Assembly (NCBI GenBank): GCA_965113315.1
Contig: OZ220368.1
Reading direction: 5' to 3' (one strand)
Length of the DNA stretch: 64,000 bases
Source: Podarcis vaucheri
Taxonomy: Eukaryota
Of this stretch, positions 1 through 10,347 are shown piece by piece. Within the stretch, counting starts at the first letter, position 1. The number at the start of each line of letters is the position of its first letter. The position numbers were made by a program, and so were the translations under genes. Below the pieces are notes generated by a model. It made no database searches, had not been told where the DNA came from, and saw only the letters and a list, made by a program, of their open reading frames with translations.

Positions 1-123
1 ATGAATGCTGTCCACCCTTGTGAAAAGGTATGTTGAGAGCAGTTATAAAATGTCACACAGAGTTATTATCCTGGATTTATTAATAAGCCTATATATAATA
101 GCCTATATATATTATTCTACACT

Positions 124-323
124 TCCTCTCTGCCCAGAACGTTGGAGGCTATACACCACACCCCTCAACAGTATTTATAGAAACTCAAACACCAGACTCT
201 GCTCTGTTCCAGTAACAAGAAGCCGAAAGCACCAGCCTGAAGATGACGAGTGAGACCTCGTCGAAACGTCGCCCAGACACCCCGACTCTTACACGGGAAG
301 ACACCCGAAGACACCAAAACCTG
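124..323 (+). mobile_element. Short Penelope-like element (PLE) terminal fragment containing a minimal hammerhead ribozyme
   Basis: Flanked by the 11-bp direct repeat TATTCTACACT (113-123 and 324-334). CpG-rich relative to its flanks. Contains the hammerhead core CTGAAGA...GAAA typical of PLE pseudo-LTRs. Confidence 0.7.
235..272 (+). ncRNA. Minimal type I hammerhead ribozyme motif
   Basis: CTGAAGA (237-243) plus an extra T; helix II GACGAG/CTCGTC (245-250/257-262); GAAA (263-266); palindromic ACGT as helix III; cleavage triplet GTC (268-270). Helix I is only about 2 bp. Confidence 0.65.
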
Positions 324-886
324 TATTCTACACTGTGTGTATAGCTCATGGCATCCTTTTCTTTGTCTTGGGCTATTGGCTAAATAGCCATTTTCCAATT
401 ATGAAGTATTATATATGCTTTTGTGTGCATGGCTTCAATTATAGCCACTTCACTTTAATTTGTCTTGCTGTGGAACCTTAGACAAAACGACTGCACTGGG
501 GGCTTTACGTCAGAGGCATGGTTTTCTGTGAGATGGCTATCACACATCTGCATTCTTCTAAGCCTTGAAACACAGGACACACCATTTACTAGGCATGGAG
601 ATAGAAATCAGTTGTTGCTAAATAGCATAGAGTTGCAAAACCAAAACCAAACCAAAATGTAATTGTTTGGTATTTTTTTAAGGGATTATCCATGAATAAT
701 ATAAATCCTTGGGAGAGAGGGACTGCCCAAAGTCCCTGTCCACATCTATGCAGTTTCTGCTCAGATCAAAGCAGACACTGTTGACATGCATAAGCATCTC
801 TCTGTTAACACACAGCTGAAAAAAAAATGTGTGATAGGATGTCACTATGCTTACATTTTATTGCCCCTTCTCCACTACATTATAAG

Positions 887-888
<2 letters not shown>

Positions 889-916
<28 letters not shown>
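889..916. repeat. (GT)14 microsatellite
   Basis: Read directly. Confidence 0.95.
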
Positions 917-918
<2 letters not shown>

Positions 919-3900
919 ACGCAAGCACAGGAGGAGGGAAGGATGTGGAAATGCTAACACAATTATGCCACATCACTTTTTATATAATAAACATTGCCAG
1001 GGAAGCGTGGGTATATAGGTGTGGGCAGTTCAGATGTGGTTTAGCAGCACACAAAATTCTTCCTGGAGCATGGAATCTGGAAATTAGACACTTCCCATGG
1101 ATGAATTTTTCTTTCAGGAATTAGCCTTGCTATTAGAATACGTGGAAAAATAAAACCACCAGAATTCGGTTCAAGCCATCTCTGGATTTAAAAAAATTCC
1201 AGCAACCATTCAAAATATACTCTGCTTTGGCATAACCCACTTAAGAAATATGCGCAAACAAGCACCACATATTCTGGAGGCTATTCCTGCATTATTTCAA
1301 CTTTTGCACACCAAGCCTTCTTCAGTTTTGCATTAATTAAAAATTTAGAACAGTGGTGAGTATTACAGACTAGGCCTATGCAATCCACCACTCAGAATCC
1401 AGAAACTGAATGGGAAGATAGAGAATTCAGTACATTTTTCACTTGTGCAGTAGGAAACTGTGACCATTTCTCAGTTGTACAGAGTTGCCCTAATATTTAA
1501 GGTAAGTATACTTTATTCAAGTTGGTTTTGTTGGCCTCTTTCCTATTCCTCTGTAACAATGGAAAGGGGAAACTTTTTAATTGTAATAGAAGGCTGTAAA
1601 GTATGTGAAAATGTTAACTTGTCTGCACTTGATCGTCTGTTCTCAAGGCTAGCCTTTTCCATTTCCTTCAAGCTTTCCTCCTATGTACTGCCCAAGTGGA
1701 ACACGAGACATTTTTAAGGATGTTATCAGTCAACCCATCTGCCAAATGCCTGTCTGGTAATAATGTCCCTGTCTGCTGAATGAAGGCTAAATAATGCATC
1801 ATTAAATCAATTGTTAATAGGGATACAGGTCAACAAGTTCATGATTGTTGCAAACGAACCTGATCCAAGTGAAAGCTTACCTTTTGATTGGCAGCCCCAC
1901 TGAGACAGAAGCTTTGTACTGTAATGGGGACAAAACTCCAATGAAGAAGGCACAATGAAGTTAAGTCCATGTTGTGCCACAATTATTCACAGAGGGTGCA
2001 AGCCACCAAGGGCTTCCTGCTCGTATTTAATGAGGATTATGGGGTAGGAGGGCTTGGCTAACTGTGCCCAAGGGCAATCTATTAAAACAACAAATCACAG
2101 GTTTTGGAATTGTACTGCTTTGAGACACCCTTCTATAATAGGCACTAAATGAGAGGTGGCCACTATCTGGTTCTAAGGGAAGTCATCTGTTCTATTTCTG
2201 TCTGGAGCATTTAATGTGGGATGGCTTATGCACAAACAAATGATCGCCTGATATTGAAATGCAAGGATGTGCAAATAAAGAATATGCTCTGTCTTGGGAG
2301 CATTTAACATGCCGCTTTGAGGCATATTAGTGAGAATTCTGTACCCATTGCCAGTACAGCATCATCAGGAGCCACACTGGTTCTATAAAATAAGTCTGTT
2401 GCATCTCTGCTTTTTCCACCTCAGTAAAGCTAAGCATACCTTCACACATAGCCCCATAGAGCTCCATAGGGTCCAAAAAGACCCAAGAGATACATCACAA
2501 ATTGTTGACAGGCTAAAGCAGGGCACTGCAAGAGCATGAAGCCAAGGGCAAATAGGTCTACTCAGCCCATTGTTTTTGGAATTCAGTCTCGTTATACCTT
2601 TTAGTCTCCAGGAACCGCTTTTACAAATGGGGTGAGCAATCCTTTTTAGAATTAAAGCCCAAAGGTGAAACTGTAATAATCAAACTGGGCAAGACACAGG
2701 TGAAATCGCATGGCTGTACTGTAACTGGAGTTGACAGGTCTGCATTCCTTAAGTACTAAATTTCATTGCTAAATCTGCAGACTGAACCTTAGACTAAATG
2801 TAAGGAATTTAGTACCATCAGAATCTGATTGCTGGATCAGAGCATCAGCTTATGAAAACAAAAGCACAATCCTATTGTGTGGACTCTGCTGCTTCTTCCC
2901 CATGTTTTGTTTCCTTTTATGTTTGAAACTAATTACAGAGGCATCCTTGTAAAAGAACTATGTGTGAGCAATAAGGTATAGATTGTTTTATATGGCCCAA
3001 GTATGTTTATATATAATTTGGCATCTGCTCAATCCATCATGTCGAGTCCAATTATCTTTGTAACATAAACATAACCCTATCTACTGAAGAGGAGCTATCT
3101 AACCCACAAGAGAAACTTAAAACTGAAAGTGAAAAAGAAACAGTGGGTTTTGATTATTATTTTTTAAATTGCAGCATAGGTTTGGGGCACAGTCTCTACT
3201 CAGGTTCAGAGGAAGACTAGCTGTATTGGTGGGAATTGAGGTATGAAAGACATGCTGATGGAACTCTTCAGAAGTGCTGAGAAGGAGTTTATTGTGCTTC
3301 TCATGCATGTAGGTTTTTTGTAGCATCTACACAATGTTGCTGGCATCAAGATGTCAATCTATCTCTCACCCATCCTCACCCCTCCAGTTTTATCTTGACA
3401 TACCCTGCCTGAGGGGAAATCAGATAAGTTGAAAAAACAAACCATGTTGCAGATGATCTATTTGTGGTAGTTCGATGACCTGTTTGCAAATTAAGTCCCT
3501 ATCTGGAAGCACCCTTGGTTTTTATATTCTATTCTGGACACAATCCAGCAAATGTTAGCCATAACTACCTTCCATTGCAATTCATGGGCCATTTAAGTTA
3601 GTCATTATGACTAAGTCCCATTCTGTTTCTTTCAGTAGAGGCTTCCAGATGACCTGTTTATTGAGCATTCATCTTGATCTGTTAGCAGGGAGGTTGGCGA
3701 ACACTGGCTATTTAAATCATTCTGATTTGTTTGCAGGGAGGTCAGACAATGTAGGGTCAAAGCAAGTGCTATCCCACATCCCCCCCCCTTTTCCTGTATC
3801 TCAAAAAGTCTGATCTTTTGGGGGAAGCAGGTTTGTTGCACAAGACCTCCCAGTATTAGTTATGCTGAAAACCAACAAGCAAAAATTTCAAGAAAAGACC

Positions 3901-5444
3901 TCTTATGCCATTTATACCTTCCAGTTGGAGTTATGCTTGATTGCTTTGTTTCTCGCCCCCCCCATCTAAAATTCTACCACCATTACAGTGATTCTGCTGA
4001 AAATATAGATAATATATCCTAAGACATATCACCCACAAAGGCTCTATATTTCTCCAACAGATGCTGGAAAGAGCGGGGAATAAAATAGTTCACTCTGGTC
4101 TCTTTTTTTGCACGTGCTGCCATTTGAGCTGGACTCCTTTGTTATCTACCCATATGTTAGCTGGGATTATTCTTCTCTATTCATGCCTCACAATCTTTTA
4201 ATGGATTTAGGGCACAGCCCTTAAAAATGCATAAGTGGGACAGGCATCGCATGATTTTGCTATGGATATTTTATGAGCAAGTCTGGGTGCATGCTGTGTT
4301 CTCGAAACAAAAGACCAGATGATCCACTGCTGGACCAGAATGCATATTAGCATGGACTGTATGCAAGGTTTATGAAAGCTTCGGGCTACACATGGAAAAA
4401 CACAACAGCCAAGGGCATGAGAAAGACTCCCTGTTCCAGCAAGTGGGTCAGCAGGCACCAGTCTGCCATATGTGCTGCCCCAAGGAGCTGTAATTCAATC
4501 GCTCAGAGAAAACAGAGATGGAAAGAAATAAAAAAGCAGAATTCGGAAATCACAGCTTCCTCCTTACCCTCTTATTGTGTTTCAGACGGGGCTTGAATAG
4601 CACTGAACAGACTTAAATCCTTAACTTGCACTACCAGCATGGAAGATCAGATGCTGGCTTCCATCAAACTGACATCTTTCTCTGGCTGAGAGTGTTTCCC
4701 TGCTGCAAAGCTGCTGATTCAGTAACCAAATGGAGAGCAGTTGAGTAGATAGCCCTGACCCTTGCATTTGAGGAGGGACAGGGTATGGGATAAACAACAT
4801 GCTTAAGTCCAATTGATGCATGAAGGGGTTAATGCCATAGAGTAAGCTGCCCTGCCAGGTTTAGCTAGGGCTTTCCTTCTCATTTTGGCTGGAAGTCTCC
4901 CAGAGCAGCTCAACGGGTGAAGAGGGTTTGAGTTAGTTGCTGAAGCTCAGACCGCATGGCTCTTACAAGCCATTATTGTGTTCCTAGAACAATAATTTAG
5001 GAACTTTCACCACTGTAACTAAGCCAAGTTTTACTGCTTGCAGCTCTGTTCATGGAAGTATTTAATGGTCTATGTTTTATTGTGCTTAAATACTTTGTGG
5101 AAGCTACTCAGAGTGGCTGGGCCAATGCAGTCAGATGGATAATGATGATGATGATAATCATTATTATTATTTTTGAATGCTGTATGGAAAAGCACATGAA
5201 TCTGACCTTTGGAGAGTTTGTAAGTAAACAATGATTAACTTCCCAAACATGTGGTATTTTTCTATGCTATGGGTTGACCATTCCCTGAGAATGTGAGCCC
5301 ATTAAGTATATTCTGAAAGTACTGAATGTTGCCTTGTCCCTGCTTCCTACATTTCTGAGATACAGGGAGTTACTATGTGTTGTCCAAGGTGATTAAGTTG
5401 TACTGCATTTGCATCCTGCTTTTTTAAGAGCTACTGTATCTGGG

Positions 5445-5620
5445 GATAAGAAGAGCTTGCTGGGTCAGGCCAGTGGCCCATCTAGTCCAGCTTCATGTTC
5501 TCACAGAGGCCAACCAGGTGCCTGTGGGGAAACCTACAAGCAAGACCCGAGCCCAAGAGCGTTCTCCCTTCCTGCAGTTTCCAGCAACAGGTTTCCAGAG
5601 GCATTGTTGCCTCCAGCCTG
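5445..5620 (-). mobile_element. Degraded CR1-related 3' fragment
   Basis: GCTGGGTCAGGCCAGTGGCCCATCTAGTCCAGC motif; the reverse complement resembles 58690-58745. Family assignment is from recognition only. Confidence 0.45.
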
Positions 5621-6254
5621 CCTTGGGAACACTGTTAAGTCTGGTCTGCAGACCACAATAATGAAAATCAATCAGTATACAGAGCTCTGTAGTACTAAGT
5701 GAGGATATGTAGCTTGATTCCATTAACAGTGATTGGCAGAAGTCCTCTAGGATTTTAGACAGATGTCATTCCATGTGCAGCTGGCTGAGGTCCTTTTCAA
5801 ACTTGATAGGCCACAGACTGAACCCTGAAGCTCATCCATACGAAGGATGTGCTTTAGTGCTAAGCTTTGCCACTCTTCTGCTTCTCTCCTACATCCCCAC
5901 TGCTATCTTCAACTGCTTATCTGTGCATCGATAAGGACAGAGCCAGAGCTGATGCTAATAAATCCACAGATCTCACATACACATGAAACTCAAAGCACCT
6001 CTAGGCTGTCAGCCCAAATTAATCTCTAAATTCAAACGCTTTTGGAGATAATGAGATCCATTTCTGCTTATTGGTAATAAAGAACATCTGCAGTTTGTGT
6101 TTATGTGGGGCCTTTCAGACGTACAAAGGTCAGTAATAATAAATATCTAAATGCTAATGTGCAACTCATGTTGTAAGAGGAAACATATGAATTGGGAAAA
6201 TCACAAGCAAGTCCGCAATCTTTTATATGTTAGAACAGAGCCCCAAGAGAGCCT

Positions 6255-6432
6255 CTCAGCACTGTCTGCTGCCTTATATTAGCAGACTGTATGTCCACTT
6301 GGCCCAGTATTTGCCTGGTAGCAGGGTTTCAGGCAGAGGGCTTTCTCAGTCACCGGCCATCAGATCACCCTTTAACTGGAAACACCAGAGCTGGAATCTG
6401 GGACCCTTCAGCATGCAGATCATGCACCCTAC
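6255..6432 (-). mobile_element. Degraded tRNA-derived SINE (Squam3-like)
   Basis: Reverse complement resembles the copies at 34926 and 51347 (CTGAAACCCTG core, AAGGTCCC box, AATATAAGGCAGC tail). Confidence 0.5.
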
Positions 6433-9078
6433 CACATATTTTGTACATTTTCTTTTCCATTTGTTGGTCACAATCCACACCTCTTCCTTCAAAGTGTAGC
6501 AGAGAACAGATAAATGTTTCATGCCCACCACCCCACAGCTGCTGCAACCCATTGTTTCTAACAAAATACAGTACGTAGTCCTTTTCCAAATGGTTCATTC
6601 ATTGCTATTGTGATACTGGGTTGAGGAAGCACATCACAAGTTCTTGTTGGATACTGTGTATCAGATCATTAGGACCCCTCCAGACTGGTGAGGTTTTTTG
6701 CAGGTGAATTCTGCAACGTCTCACTGATGGAATATTAGTACATTGGTAGTGGCTTTAAAGCAACATGATTAAGCAGTAAATACAGTGGTTGTTGTTGTTT
6801 AGTCGTTTAGTCGTGTCCGACTCTTCGTGACCCCATGGACCAGAGCACGCCAGGCACTTCTGTCCTCCACTGCCTCCCGCAGTTTGATCAAACTCATGCT
6901 GGTAGCTTCAAGAACACCATCCAACCATCTCATTCTCTGTCGTCCCCTTCTCCTTGTGCCCTCCACCTTTCCCAACATCAGGGTCTTTTCCAGGGAGTCT
7001 TCTCTTCTCATGAGGTGGCCAAAGTATTGGAGCCTCAGCTTCACGATCTGTCCTTCCAGTGAGCGCTCAGGGCTGATTTCCTTCAGAATGGAGAGGTTTG
7101 ATCTTCTTGCAGTCCATGGGACTCTCAAGAGTCTCCTCCAGCACCATAATTCAAAAGCATCAATTCTTCGGCGATCAGCCTTCTTTATGGTCCAGCTCTC
7201 ACTTCCATACATCACTACTGGGAAAACCATGGCTTTTACTATACGGACCTTTGTTGGCAAGGTGATGTCTCTGCTTTTTAAGATGTTGTCTAGGTTTGCC
7301 ATCGCCTTTCTCCCAAGGAGCAGGCGTCTTTTAATTTCGTGACTGCTGTCACCATCTGCACTGATCATGGAGCCCAAGAAAGTAAAATCTCTCACTGCCT
7401 CCATTTCTTCCCCATCTATTTGCCAGGAGGTGATGGGCCCAGTGGCCATGATCTTCGTTTTTTTGATGTTGAGCTTCAGACCATATTTTGCGCTCTCCTC
7501 TTTCACCCTCATTAAAAGGTTCTTTAATTCCTCTTCACTTTCTGCCATCAAGGTTGTGTCATCTGCATATCTGAGGTTGTTGATATTTCTTCCGGCAATC
7601 TTAATTCCGGCTTGGGATTCATCCAGCCCAGCCTTTCGCATGATGAATTCTGCATATAAGTTAAATAAGCAGGGAGACAATATACAGCCTTGCCGTACTC
7701 CTTTCCCAATTTGGAACCAATCAGTTGTTCCATATCCAGTTCTAACTGTAGCTTCTTGTCCCACATAGAGATTTCTCAGGAGACAGATGAGGTGATCAGG
7801 CACTCCCATTTCTTTAAGAACTTGCCATAGTTTGCTGTGGTCAACACAGTCAAAGGCTTTTGCATAGTCCATGAAGAAGAAGTAGATGTCTTTCTGGAAC
7901 TCTCTAGCTTTCTCCATAATCCAGCGCGTGTTTGCAATTTGGTCTCTGGTTCCTCTGCCTCTTCTAAATCCAGCTTGCACTTCTGGGAGTTCTCGGTCCA
8001 CATACTGCTTGAGCCTTCCTTGTAGAATTTTAAGCATAACCTTGCTAGTGTGTGAAATGAGTGCAATTGTGCGGTAGTTGGAGCATTCTTTGGCACTGCC
8101 TTTCTTTGGGATTGGGATGTAGACTGATCTTCTCCAATCCTCTGGCCACTGCTGAGTTTTCCAAACTTGCTGGCATATTGAGTGTAGCACCTTAACAGCA
8201 TCATCTTTTAAAATTTTAAACAGTTCAGCTGGAATACCATCACTTCCACTGGCCTTGTTATTTGCAGTGCTTTCTAAGGCCCATTTGACTTCACTCTCCA
8301 GGATGTCTGGCTCAAGGTCAGCAACCACACTACTTGGGGTGTACGAGACATCCATATCTTTCTGGTATAATTCCTCTGTGTATTCTTGCCACCTCTTCTT
8401 GATGTCTTCTGCTTCAGTTAGGTCTTTACCACTTTTGTCCTTTATTATGGTAATCTTTGTGCGAAATGTTCCTTTCATATTTCCGATTTTCTTGAACAGA
8501 TCTCTGGTTCTTCCCATTCTGTTGCTTTCCTCTATTTCTTTGCATTGCTCGTTTAAGAAGGCCTTCTTGTCTCTCCTTGCTATTCTTTGGAAATCTGCAT
8601 TCAATTTCTTGTATCTTTCATTATCTCCCTCGCATTTTGCTTGCCTTCTCTCCCCCGCTATTTGTAAGGCCTCGTTGGACAGTCACTTTGCTTTCTTGCA
8701 TTTCTTTTTCATTGGGATGGTTTTAGTTGCTGCCTCCTGTATAATGTTGCGAGCCTCCACCCATAGTTCTTCAGGCACTCTGTCCAGCAAATCTAAATCC
8801 TTAAACCTGTTCCTCACTTCCACTGTGTATTCATAAGGGATTTGGTTTAGATTGTATCTTACCTGTCCAGTGGTTTTTCCTACTTTCTTCAGTTTAAGCT
8901 TGAATTTTGCTATAAGAAGCTGATGATCTGAGCCACAGTCAGCTCCAGGTCTTGTTTTTGCAGACTGTATAGAGCTTCTCCATCTTTGGCTGCAGAGAAT
9001 ATAATCAATCTGATTTCGATGTTGCCCATCTGGGGATGTCCATGTGTAGAGTCGTCTCTTGTGTTGTTGGAAAAGCGT

Positions 9079-9116
9079 GTATCTGAAGAAGTGTGCATGC
9101 ACATGAAAGCTCATAC
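9079..9116 (+). ncRNA. Minimal type I hammerhead ribozyme motif
   Basis: Helix I GTAT/ATAC (9079-9082/9113-9116); CTGAAGA (9083-9089) plus an extra A; helix II GTGTG-CATG-CACAT (9091-9104); GAAA (9105-9108); palindromic AGCT as helix III; predicted cut after C9112. Confidence 0.8.
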
Positions 9117-9168
9117 CAAGAACTAACTTAGTTGGTCTTTAAGGTGCTACTGGAAGGAATTTTTTTAT
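9081..9168 (+). mobile_element. 88-nt Penelope-like insert nested in the BovB ORF
   Basis: 14-bp TSD TTGGAAAAGCGTGT (9067-9080 and 9169-9182). Hammerhead motif followed by TTGGTCTTTAAGGTGCTACTGG and a T-rich end, as recognised from reptile PLE termini. Confidence 0.85.
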
Positions 9169-10117
9169 TTGGAAAAGCGTGTTTGTGATGACCAGCTTGT
9201 TCTCTTGGCAGAACTCTATTAGCCTTTGCCCTGCTTCGTTTTGATCTCCAAGGCCAAACTTGCCAGCTGTTCCTTTTATCTCTTGACTCCCTACTTTAGC
9301 ATTCCAATCCCCTATAATGAGCAGAACATCCTTCTTTGGTGTCACTTCTATAAGGTCTTGTAAGTCTTCATAGAATTGGTCAATTTCAGTTTCTTCAGCA
9401 CCAGTAGTTGGTGCATAAACTTGGATTATTGTGATGTTAAAAGGTCTGCCTTGGATTCGTATCGAGATCATTCTATCATTTTTGAGACTGCATCCCAGTA
9501 CAGCTTTCGCCACTCTTTTGTTGACTATGAGGGCCACTCCATTTCTTTTACGGGTTTCTTGCCCACAGTAGTAGATATGATAGTCATCCGAACTGAATTC
9601 GCCCATTCCCGTCCATTTTAGCTCACTGATGCCCAGGATGTCAATATTTATTCTCGCCATCTCATTTTTGACCACCTCCAACTTACCCAGGTTCATGGTT
9701 CTTACATTCCAGGTTCCTATGCAATATTTTTCTTTACAGCATTGGACTTTCCTTTCGCTTCCATGCATATCCGCAACTGAGCGTCCTTTCGGCTTTGGCC
9801 CAGCCACTTCATCAGCTCTGGATCTACTTGTACTTGTCCTCCGCTCTTCCCCAGTAGCATGTTGGACGCCTTCCGACCTGAGGGGCTCATCTTCCAGCGT
9901 CATAACTTTTATATGCCTGTTGTCTTTGTCCATGGAGTTTTCTTGGCAGGGATACTGGAGTGGCTTGCCGGTTCCTGCTCCAGGTGGATCACGTTTGGTC
10001 AAAACTCTCCACTATGACCTTTCCATCTTGGGTTCCCTGCTCGGCATAGTTCATAGCTTCTCTGAGTTCTTCAAGCCCCTTCGCCACAGCAAGGCAGTGA
10101 TCCATGAAGGGGAAATA

Positions 10118-10347
10118 CAGTGGTACCTTGGGTTAAGAACTTAATTTGTTCCGGAGGTCCGTTCTTAACCTGAAACTGTTCTTAACCTGAGGTACCACTT
10201 TAGCTAATGGGGTCTCCCGCTGCCACTGCGCGATTTCTGTTCTCATCCTGAAGCAAAGTTCTTAACCTGAGGTACTATTCTGGGTTAGCAGAGTCTGTAA
10301 CTTGAAGCGTCTGTAACCTCAAGCATCTGTAACCCGAGGTACCACTG
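10118..10347. mobile_element. Tc1/mariner (pogo/Tigger-type) MITE, family A copy 1
   Basis: TIRs CAGTGGTACCTTGGGTTA and TAACCCGAGGTACCACTG, TA TSD, internal TAACCTGA repeats. Three more copies are in the window. Confidence 0.9.

Larger units (their letters stand above)
6799..9933 (-). pseudogene. BovB ORF (AP endonuclease plus reverse transcriptase), about 1010 aa once repaired; disrupted by two in-frame stops
   Basis: Track ORFs 9139-10002, 8683-9114 and 6799-8604 are all in one frame. APE motifs GTWNVRT, LGISELKW, QVYAPT, GDWNAKVG, NQIDYIL, GSDHQLL. RT motifs QAGFR, DYAKAFD, GVRQGCILSP, YADD. Stops: TAA at 9139-9141 (inside the insert) and TGA at 8683-8685 (KAK*LS where W is expected). Confidence 0.95.
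6790..10112 (-). mobile_element. Full-length BovB (RTE-clade) LINE
   Basis: 12-bp TSD AAATACAGTGGT (6778-6789 and 10113-10124). (CAA)n-type 3' tail at 6790-6800. Single APE-RT ORF ending ...VHGVTKSRTRLND. 5' UTR present with the GGCAAGCCACTCCAGTATCCCTGCC motif. Confidence 0.97.

Noticed and set aside
1881-1918. 38-nt minus-strand segment between good splice signals
   Set aside because: Too short to distinguish from a pseudo-exon without expression data.
6827-10144. Long plus-strand ORFs (171, 133, 193 and 171 aa)
   Set aside because: Antisense shadows of the BovB ORF.
10118-10347. Recurring TAACCTGA units resembling a CRISPR-like array
   Set aside because: Subterminal repeats of a eukaryotic MITE; no unique spacers or cas genes.
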